This document shows positions 56,155 to 64,000 of a stretch of DNA of 64,000 nucleotides, one piece after another; positions within the stretch are counted from its first letter, which is position 1; every line of letters begins with the position of its first letter. Both the position numbers and the translations under genes were made by a program. A model generated the notes under the pieces. That model was not told the DNA's origin. It did no database searches and saw only the letters and a program-made list of their open reading frames with translations. This stretch comes from Chthoniobacterales bacterium (lineage in GTDB: Bacteria; Verrucomicrobiota; Verrucomicrobiia; Chthoniobacterales; DASVRZ01). Where the stretch lies: NCBI GenBank assembly GCA_036524675.1, contig DATDBU010000108.1:4297-68296 (forward strand), written 5' to 3'.

Positions 56155-57111
56155 GTGAAGAAATCGCTTATTCCCATCTGTGTCGCGGCGGCATCCGTCG
56201 CGTGGCAAAATCCCTTGGTATTTGCTCAACAGGCGCCGGACGCTCCCGGGGCGCCATCGCAATCAGGAACCGCGCCGGGCGCGGGAACCGCCGCTGCACC
56301 AGAGAAGCCGAACGACACCGGCAAACATGGCCAGGGATCGCCTCGCTTCGCACGAAAAACGGAGCCGCGCACGTTCCTTGGCATCGAAACGAGTCCCATT
56401 CCACCAGTCGTTGCCGCGCAGTTGGGGATTCCCGAAGGTTTCGGTCTTGTCGTTGATTTTGTCGTTCCCGACAGCCCAGCCGCAGCCGCAAAAATCGAAC
56501 GGTATGACATTTTGATTCGAATCGAAGACCAGCGACTCGTCAATCCAATGCAGCTCGCTAGCCTCGTTCGCAGTTTCTCCGATGGGAAAGACGTTGTTTT
56601 GACCGTTCTCCGCAAAGGTCAGGAGATAAAGGTCACGGCCAAACTCGCGAGGAAAGAACTTCCTACGGGATTTGATCCGGACTGGCGGCATGAATTCCGG
56701 CGCTTCCCCGGAATGCATTCCGGGGAATGGCCTGGGTTGCATCGAATGAGAGACGCAATGCGCAAAGGCGGTGAAGTCAACGCGCGATTCAACGATGGAA
56801 GATGGCTCAGCAAAATCGACATGGGCGATCTGCATGTGGTGAGCAAGGACGAGGAGGGCACTCTCGAGATTCGCTCAAACGACGGCAAACGTACCCTGAT
56901 CGCCACGAAGCCGGACGGCTCTGTCCTTTTCAACGGTCCCATCGACACGGAGGAACAAAAAAAGTCCATTCCGACGGGCGTCTTGGAACGACTCAAAGAT
57001 ATGGAAAACGAACGTCTTCCCGAGCCGCCTCCGCCACCCCGCGACGAGCCTGTTCCGCCACCTCCCGTGGAGACGACCTCGACGGAATTCGTTTCCCCGG
57101 GTGCGGCATAG
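56155..57111 (+). CDS. Secreted PDZ-domain protein
   Basis: Signal-like 'VKKSLIPICVAAASVAW..AQQ' (GTG 56155; upstream ATG 56083 also possible). PDZ-like 'FLGIETSPIP...GFGLVVDFVVPDSPAAAAKIERYDILIRIEDQ'. Pro-rich tail. Confidence 0.65.
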   Translation: MKKSLIPICVAAASVAWQNPLVFAQQAPDAPGAPSQSGTAPGAGTAAAPEKPNDTGKHGQGSPRFARKTEPRTFLGIETSPIPPVVAAQLGIPEGFGLVVDFVVPDSPAAAAKIERYDILIRIEDQRLVNPMQLASLVRSFSDGKDVVLTVLRKGQEIKVTAKLARKELPTGFDPDWRHEFRRFPGMHSGEWPGLHRMRDAMRKGGEVNARFNDGRWLSKIDMGDLHVVSKDEEGTLEIRSNDGKRTLIATKPDGSVLFNGPIDTEEQKKSIPTGVLERLKDMENERLPEPPPPPRDEPVPPPPVETTSTEFVSPGAA

Positions 57112-57143
57112 AATTTGGAGGGAACCGAAACCCAACAGCAACG

Positions 57144-57179
57144 AAGGTCTGTCCTGCGAACGTGGGACAGACCTTTTAC
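57144..57179 (+). terminator. Hairpin terminator candidate downstream of the PDZ gene
   Basis: 'aaggtctgtcc' (57144-54) pairs with 'ggacagacctt' (57165-75) around a 10-nt loop, with a short T-run after it. Confidence 0.55.
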
Positions 57180-57290
57180 ATCTTGATCCGCGATCTACAC
57201 CGCAAAATCTTGACCGCCCTCCCCGGAAACTGAAAGACTCCGAACCGCTTGTTGTTGTTATCCTCTAATAAACACCTCATCCAACTCTAA

Positions 57291-58580
<1,290 letters not shown>

Positions 58581-58602
58581 TTAACACGATGGAGGATATC
58601 AA

Positions 58603-58965
58603 TTGAGCGAGGCGGCCGGATTCCAGGATTTCCGGAAGCGCAAGGAACGGAGCGCGCTCCAGGTGCTGAACCGGTTTTTGGTCATCTTGATTATCCTCAT
58701 CGTTGTTTGCGGGCTCATCGCGGCATTTCTTCCGGCATTGAAGGCGCGTTCCGAACAACGCGCCGCGCTTGAGAAGATCCGCGCCGAAGTCACCGCTGCG
58801 AAAACCGTTTTCCAATCGCGTTCCAAAGAGCTTCAACGCCTGAAAACGGATCCCGATTATCTGGGCGACATCGCCCGGGATAAATTGAACGTGCAGAAAG
58901 AAGGCGAAACCATCTTTCGGTTCGACTCGGCCGGCGCGACCCCAACGTCGACGCCGGTAAAGTAG
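58603..58965 (+). CDS. ftsB: Septum formation initiator (FtsB/DivIC-like)
   Basis: N-terminal TM plus coiled coil and 'DPDYLGDIARDKLNVQKEGE'. TTG start 8 nt after a GGAGG. Sits in the conserved position after eno. Confidence 0.7.
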   Translation: MSEAAGFQDFRKRKERSALQVLNRFLVILIILIVVCGLIAAFLPALKARSEQRAALEKIRAEVTAAKTVFQSRSKELQRLKTDPDYLGDIARDKLNVQKEGETIFRFDSAGATPTSTPVK

Positions 58966-58990
58966 AGGTTTCGTTTGGCTTGGAATTGAG

Positions 58991-59026
58991 AAAGCGTTTG
59001 GGTTTTCCAAACGCTTTTGTCTTTTT
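58991..59026 (+). terminator. Rho-independent terminator of the eno-ftsB unit
   Basis: 'aaagcgtttgg' (58991-59001) pairs with 'ccaaacgcttt' (59007-17) around a 5-nt loop, followed by a T-rich 'ttgtcttttt'. Confidence 0.75.
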
Positions 59027-59048
59027 ATCTCCCGGCGTTGCCGATTCG

Positions 59049-59228
59049 CCTAGGGAATCACTGATTTAAAAGAATAGTCACCACCAAGACACCAAGAACA
59101 CCAAGGATTTAAGGATATTTCAGGTCAAAATCAGCTTTTCCCGCGGAAATTACATTCTTCGATGCGTTGTTTCCTCTTCCTTGGTGTCCTGGTGCCTTGG
59201 TGATTCATTTAATCAGCGTTTTCCTAGC
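59049..59228. repeat. ~180-bp imperfect palindromic element built from CACCAAG-type units (MITE-like or large hairpin)
   Basis: The left arm 'ctagggaatcactgatttaaaagaatagtcaccaccaagacaccaagaacaccaagga' is an imperfect reverse complement of the right arm 'tccttggtgtcctggtgccttggtgattcatttaatcagcgttttcctag'. The centre is about 70 bp. Confidence 0.6.
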
Positions 59229-59264
59229 GTGGAAATGGCTCACGTCCATCGAGGGTGGGGAGTT

Positions 59265-59939
59265 TTACGCCCAGAGATTGCGGTCCAGAGTGCGATATTG
59301 GATGGCCTCGCCGAGGTGTTCGACCGTGATGTGATCGCTACCGGCAAGATCTGCGATGGTGCGGGAGACTTTGAGGATGCGGTCGTAGGCGCGGGCGCTT
59401 AGATGGAGGCTGGACATGGCCATGTGAAGCAGCTCCGAAGCGTCTTCGCCAAGCTGACAATGCGATTTGATCTGGCGGGACGTCATTCGGGCATTACACG
59501 TGATGTGTTTGGCGGCGCCTGCGAAACGCTTTTTTTGAAGGGATCGGGCCCGTTCGATACGTTCGCGGATCGACGTGGAGGGCTCGGCGGATTCGCGGCT
59601 GCTCAGTTCTTTGAATTCGACTGCAGGGACTTCGATGTGGATGTCGATTCGGTCGAGGAGCGGCCCGGAAATGCGCTGGCGGTAGCGTTCCACCTGCCCG
59701 GGCGCGCAGCGGCAATCGCGTTTCGGATCGCCGAAATAGCCGCACGGACACGGATTCATGGCTGCGACCAGCATAAAACCGGCGGGGAACGTCATGGAAC
59801 CGGCGGCGCGTGAAATCGTGACTCGCCCGTCCTCGAGCGGCTGTCGCAAGACTTCCAGCGTAGAGCGTTTGAACTCCGGCAATTCGTCAAGGAATAAAAC
59901 ACCGTTATGCGCCAGGCTGACTTCCCCCGGAGTCGGATT
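59265..59939 (-). pseudogene. comM: 3' fragment of comM/yifB (Mg-chelatase-like AAA+ competence protein), truncated by transposon insertion
   Basis: Reads '..[68 protein letters not shown]...' to a normal C-terminus. The N-terminal ~half (Lon-like domain, Walker A) is absent, and homology stops at ~59939-59945 where the transposon end begins. Confidence 0.85.
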
Positions 59940-60092
59940 TGTAGAGCTGTGACTTTTTGAAATTTCTGCGACATTTCTCTTGTAAGCTCCCAGGTAAATA
60001 TGTGATCTCTTTGCAAAAATTTTTGCGACGCAATTTCATACAATAACTGCGACGGCGATTGAAATGAACGTGAATAACTGCGACGGCGTTAG
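59940..60092 (+). repeat. Transposon end with putative TnsB-binding repeats
   Basis: 'TGTAGAGCTGTGAC' terminus. TGCGAC cores at 59967-72, 60024-29, 60048-53 and 60079-84. The last two sit in the near-identical 'AATAACTGCGACGGCG'; the terminal CTGTGAC (59947-53) is a variant. Confidence 0.7.
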
Positions 60093-60765
60093 GCCTCATC
60101 AAACCCGCAAAATCCGCCCTACCCGGCGGAGTGTTTCGGGCATCTACGCATTTCGCGGAGAGACAGCTATTCCTTTCGAATCAACGCTCGAACGAGATTT
60201 TTTACTCAAGAAGGAATTCAGTCGCCACGTTCTGACTGTCATCCCTCAACCCGTTCAGATTCCGTTCATTGCATCCAACGAACGCGCTTACACATACACC
60301 CCGGATTTTCTTGTTTATTATCGGCTGCCGCTTGACGCGCGATACGGAGACTATCCCAAGCCTCTTCTGGTTGAAGTAAAACCTCGTGCCGAGATTCGGA
60401 AACATTGGCGGGACTGGAAGTCGAAGTTTCGCGCCGCCCTCCATTACGCCAAAAAACAGGGATGGGATTACAGGATACATGACGAGGTCCGAATCCGGGA
60501 TCAAATGCTGAACAACATACGGTTCCTTGAACGCTACAAGCGAATGCAATTTCCCGCTGAAGAGACGCGTTGGGTCCTGGACAACGTACGGAGAATGGGA
60601 GGTGCCCCATTTCATTATATCCTCGCCCGGCATTTCATGGGTAGTTACCGGGGCGAAGGCATTTCGCATATCTGGTATCTCCTTGCGACGGGGCAGTTGG
60701 AATGCGACATCACACGACCATTAGGCGACGACACTGAGTTTTGGGTCCCGAACAATGAGCTCTAA
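60064..60765 (+). CDS. tnsA: TnsA-like transposition endonuclease
   Basis: Restriction-endonuclease-like catalytic pattern 'FESTLERDF' ... 'YTPDFLVYY' ... 'LLVEVKP' (E-D-K), then a C-terminal winged-helix-like region. Confidence 0.8.
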   Translation: MNVNNCDGVRPHQTRKIRPTRRSVSGIYAFRGETAIPFESTLERDFLLKKEFSRHVLTVIPQPVQIPFIASNERAYTYTPDFLVYYRLPLDARYGDYPKPLLVEVKPRAEIRKHWRDWKSKFRAALHYAKKQGWDYRIHDEVRIRDQMLNNIRFLERYKRMQFPAEETRWVLDNVRRMGGAPFHYILARHFMGSYRGEGISHIWYLLATGQLECDITRPLGDDTEFWVPNNEL

Positions 60766-62698
60766 CATTGAGAATGACGAGGACGTCGTAATTCCGAATG
60801 AAAGCTACGAACCCGTACGGGCACGTGTTGACATTCAGATTGACGGTCTAGTTGGATTCAATGGAAAGGTGTACCGCATTTCACAGGTGTTGGATTTCGA
60901 TACCGTAATTGGTGTGGAGGTTGAGAGCGGGCGAAGTGCCCCGTTGCGGATCGGAGAACTCCGCCCTATCGGTCGTGTCGATGAGGGTTCCATGCGGGAC
61001 GTCGCAGATATTGCCGATGCCGACTGGCGGGTGGCAGAACAACGCTTTGCCGCGATTAAACCGCTGATCTGTATGGTTGGGGCAGGACGAGTGGAAGTCG
61101 AAGAAAGGGCCTGTGAGGTGGGAGTAAATGCTGCTACGTTATACCGCTGGTTGAAGCGTTATAGAGCTTATGGAGAAGTAGCGGCCCTTATCCCTCTAAA
61201 ACGTGGCTGGAAAGAGGGAAGAAGTCGAATTCCGCCGTTTGCTGAACAGGTCATCGAGGAGACCATTAAGAAGTTTTACCTGACCGCACAGCGCCCGACT
61301 GCTCAGAAAACAGTGACGGAAGTCTTGCGGCAATGTCACCAAAGAGGAATCGAGGCGCCCCATCCAAGCACCATTCGTGCGAGGCTAACAAAGATAACGG
61401 AAAAGCAACGTTTGCGGGGACGGGGATTCAAAGAGAAAGCCAAGAACAAGTTTCTGCCGGCTTCAGGCAAAATGCCGAATGTCGATTTTCCCTTGGCTAT
61501 GGTTCAGATAGATCATACCCCGGCGGACATCATTCTTGTGGACGACCTGCATCGCAGACCGATCGGACGCCCCTGGATCACCCTCTCGATGGACGTTTAC
61601 AGCCGAATGGTCACGGGATACTATCTTTCGTTCGACCCGCCATCAGAGACATCGGTGGCGATGTGCGTTTCGCATTCCATTTTGCCGAAAGAGGAATGGC
61701 TGCTGCTGCATAAAGTGGATGCGCAATGGCCCGTTTGGGGGCTTCCACGAACTATTCACGTCGACAATGGCGCTGACTTTCGTTCCAACAATTTTCAGAA
61801 GTCCTGCTTGATGTACGGCATTAACCTGGAGTTTCGCCCCGTCAGACAACCTCGCTACGGAGGACACATTGAGCGTGTGCTTGGCACATTGCTTCGAGAG
61901 ATCCATGATTTACCTGGCACAACTTTTTCGTCCGTCAGGGACAGGGACGGCTACAATTCCGAAAAGGAAGCGGCGATGACGAAATCAGAGTTCGAAACGT
62001 GGTTGGTGACTTTGATTTGCAAAGTATATCACCAACGGCTCCACAGCGGCATTGGCATGTCTCCCCTGCGGAAGTGGGAAATCGGAATCTTTGGAAATAA
62101 TGAAGTTCAAGGGTGCGGTATCCCCGCGCGGATCACAGACCGTCACGCTGTAATGCTGGATTTCCTGCCTTCGTTTCAACGCACGGTTCAGACGTTCGGA
62201 GTAACTATCGATGGCATGACGTATTATGCTGAGGCGCTGCGTCCATGGATTGGTGCGGACGACCCGGACAATCCCGGTCGCAAGAGGGAATTCGTCTTCC
62301 GCCGAGATCCTAGAGACATTAGCTCCATTTGGTTTCGCGATCCGGAGCTTAAGCAGTATTTCAAAGTTCCGTTCAGCGATCAATCGCTGCCCTCGATGAG
62401 CATATGGGAATACCAGCAGGCCCGCGAAATGCTTAAACGCGAGGGTGCCAAAAGCGTTAACGAGCACCAGGTTTTTCATGCTATCACAGAACTGCGGAAG
62501 CGGGTCGATGAGGCGAAGGAAAAAACGAAAAAAGCCCGGCGTTTGAGTCAGCGTCGTAAAGAGCACGAGAAGCGTCCCTCTCCAGCGGCACCGTTACCTC
62601 CGCATCAGCCTCAGCCCTCGATGCCCCCTTTAATTTTCCAAACCCCTAGCGGCACCTTGATAGAAGGTCATATTGATTCGTCCGACGACATTGGTTGA
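60755..62698 (+). CDS. tnsB: TnsB-like DDE (Mu/rve-type) transposase
   Basis: HTH 'AATLYRWLKRY'. DDE triad context 'VQIDHTPADI', 'IHVDNGADFRS', 'GGHIERVLGTL'. Overlaps tnsA by 11 nt. Confidence 0.9.
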   Translation: MSSNIENDEDVVIPNESYEPVRARVDIQIDGLVGFNGKVYRISQVLDFDTVIGVEVESGRSAPLRIGELRPIGRVDEGSMRDVADIADADWRVAEQRFAAIKPLICMVGAGRVEVEERACEVGVNAATLYRWLKRYRAYGEVAALIPLKRGWKEGRSRIPPFAEQVIEETIKKFYLTAQRPTAQKTVTEVLRQCHQRGIEAPHPSTIRARLTKITEKQRLRGRGFKEKAKNKFLPASGKMPNVDFPLAMVQIDHTPADIILVDDLHRRPIGRPWITLSMDVYSRMVTGYYLSFDPPSETSVAMCVSHSILPKEEWLLLHKVDAQWPVWGLPRTIHVDNGADFRSNNFQKSCLMYGINLEFRPVRQPRYGGHIERVLGTLLREIHDLPGTTFSSVRDRDGYNSEKEAAMTKSEFETWLVTLICKVYHQRLHSGIGMSPLRKWEIGIFGNNEVQGCGIPARITDRHAVMLDFLPSFQRTVQTFGVTIDGMTYYAEALRPWIGADDPDNPGRKREFVFRRDPRDISSIWFRDPELKQYFKVPFSDQSLPSMSIWEYQQAREMLKREGAKSVNEHQVFHAITELRKRVDEAKEKTKKARRLSQRRKEHEKRPSPAAPLPPHQPQPSMPPLIFQTPSGTLIEGHIDSSDDIG

Positions 62699-62699
62699 C

Positions 62700-63590
62700 A
62701 TGAATGGTTACGAACATATTCACCCGGAGTTCAGGCATATCATGGGAATGTCCGAAAAGGATCGGGTCGGTTTTCTGGATCAACCCCGCTGGATCGGGTA
62801 CAAAGTTGCTCGGCAAATCTTGGATACGTTGCAAGGATTGATGCATAAGCCGGTCCGTCCGCGCATGCCCAATCTCCTGATCGTCGGCGATCCGAACAAT
62901 GGAAAGACTACTATTATTCGTCGTTTTCGCGACTTGTGCGGTCAGGGCTACGTCAATGAAGATTCAGAACCGGTCAAACCCATCATTCTTGCAGAAGCTC
63001 CGCCAAGCGCGGACGAGAAGGGATTGTATATATCAATCCTAGAACGATTCTTCACACCTTACAGGGCCAGCGATCCGGCTGCCAAGCTTCGTTATCAAAC
63101 CATTCATCTTTTGCGGATGTGCCATGTCCGCATTTTAGTTATCGACGAGTTCCACTCTCTATTGACAGGTCCGCCGATCAAACAGCGGGAAGTCATGAAC
63201 ACCATCAAACTTCTGAGCAACGAACTCGCGATCCCAATCGTCGGCGTCGGAAAAAGGGAGGCTGTTCGAGTGCTTCACACTGATGAGCAGCATGCTAGCC
63301 GCTTTGATGTTATGCCACTTCCATTGTGGGAATTGAATCCTGATTTTCAACGACTGCTGGCAGGATTCGAGAAGGTTTTACCGCTCAAGAAACCTTCGGA
63401 ACTGCATTCGCCTGCAAATGCCACTCTGCTCCATGCAATCTCGGAAGGGAACCTAGGTAATTTGCATCGCCTTTTGGTCGAATGTACTGCGGAAGCGATC
63501 ATGAGCGGCAAAGAACAAGTCGACAAGAGCATCATCGAAAGCAAGAGATGGCTACGTCCCACTCGTGGAATACGGGAGCTGGTCGGATAG
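62700..63590 (+). CDS. tnsC: TnsC/TniB-like AAA+ transposition regulator (short, TniB-sized)
   Basis: Walker A 'GDPNNGKTT' and Walker B 'ILVIDEFHSLL'. The ATG lies 1 nt after the tnsB stop (TGACATG); an upstream in-frame start at 62673 is also possible. Confidence 0.85.
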   Translation: MNGYEHIHPEFRHIMGMSEKDRVGFLDQPRWIGYKVARQILDTLQGLMHKPVRPRMPNLLIVGDPNNGKTTIIRRFRDLCGQGYVNEDSEPVKPIILAEAPPSADEKGLYISILERFFTPYRASDPAAKLRYQTIHLLRMCHVRILVIDEFHSLLTGPPIKQREVMNTIKLLSNELAIPIVGVGKREAVRVLHTDEQHASRFDVMPLPLWELNPDFQRLLAGFEKVLPLKKPSELHSPANATLLHAISEGNLGNLHRLLVECTAEAIMSGKEQVDKSIIESKRWLRPTRGIRELVG

Positions 63591-64000
63591 CGCCCCGGTG
63601 GGCGGTTGCGGTTCCGATACTCCCAAATGAAATAGTTTCATCGTGGCTCGTGAGAGCTGCCCTTACGCAAGGCTGCGATCCGCTCGCCCTGACGGGGAAG
63701 CTTTGGCCGGGATGGAGATTGTGGACGCTCGACGCCGATCGAAGACTTGGTCCTGAACGGCTCGATCCCCTGGTCCAGTGTTCTGGTATCGAGCGCGCAG
63801 TCTTTTTGGCGTCCACGCTCGATCCCGTAGCCCGTCAAATCTATGGAGGGATCCCGCCCGAATGTGGCGTTTGGCAATGGATTCTGGCTTTGGGATCGCG
63901 AAACACTAAGCGTCGAGGTGGGATGCAATGTTGTTTAGCGTGCCTAAATACGGACAAAACGCCATATTTTCGTAAAAATTGGCGTTTTGCCTGGCATACC
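63548..64000 (+). CDS. tniQ: TniQ-family (TnsD-like) target-selection protein, 5' partial (runs off the window)
   Basis: Not in the ORF track because it has no stop. My translation from ATG 63548 is 'MATSHSWNTGAGRIAPRWAVAVPILPNEIVSSWLVRAALTQGCDPLALTGKLW...RRGGMQCCLACLNTDKTPYFRKNWRFAWHT', which shows the TniQ N-terminal motif and a CxxC zinc motif. Confidence 0.8.
   Translation, partial: MATSHSWNTGAGRIAPRWAVAVPILPNEIVSSWLVRAALTQGCDPLALTGKLWPGWRLWTLDADRRLGPERLDPLVQCSGIERAVFLASTLDPVARQIYGGIPPECGVWQWILALGSRNTKRRGGMQCCLACLNTDKTPYFRKNWRFAWHT

Larger units (their letters stand above)
59940..64000 (+). mobile_element. Tn7-like transposon, tnsA-proximal ('right') end and core transposition genes; the element continues beyond the window
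   Basis: TGT terminus at 59940, an array of TGCGAC-core repeats, then overlapping tnsA, tnsB, tnsC and tniQ genes. Confidence 0.85.

Overview
This 64-kb window comes from a moderately G+C-rich bacterium. PEP-CTERM proteins, GTP-type PEPCK and the general gene content suggest a Verrucomicrobiota-like organism, but that is a low-confidence guess. Most of the window is housekeeping chromosome: two aldehyde dehydrogenases, potA-like ATPase, pyrF, ispE, pckG, hpt, sufS/sufU, putA, glgA, secA, pyrE, bioB, a UvrD/PcrA helicase, lnt, ileS, a DEAD-box helicase, an ECF sigma module, eno and ftsB. Four regions stand out. (1) The right edge (59.9-64.0 kb) is one end of a Tn7-like transposon (tnsA-tnsB-tnsC-tniQ) inserted inside the comM/yifB Mg-chelatase-like gene. 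It has a TGT terminus and an array of TGCGAC-core repeats. The element runs off the window, so its cargo is unseen. (2) About 18.7-26.8 kb is an accessory island that looks more A+T-rich by eye. It holds small same-strand secreted, lipoprotein and membrane genes, an orphan barstar-like gene, an SdpI-like gene and a decayed vapBC pair, and several genes carry apparent indels. (3) 9.7-11.9 kb encodes an uncharacterised protein carrying the three AEP primase-polymerase catalytic motifs, and its gene overlaps a xylose-isomerase/AP-endonuclease-2-fold TIM-barrel gene. (4) 33.1-35.2 kb is a tightly overlapped three-gene operon: a DUF3592 membrane protein with a beta-sandwich tail, a stand-alone paralog of that tail, and a small P-loop NTPase. 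I saw no rRNA, tRNA or CRISPR array. Gene calls rest on motif recognition in the supplied translations. Start codons were chosen by eye and may be off by a few codons.
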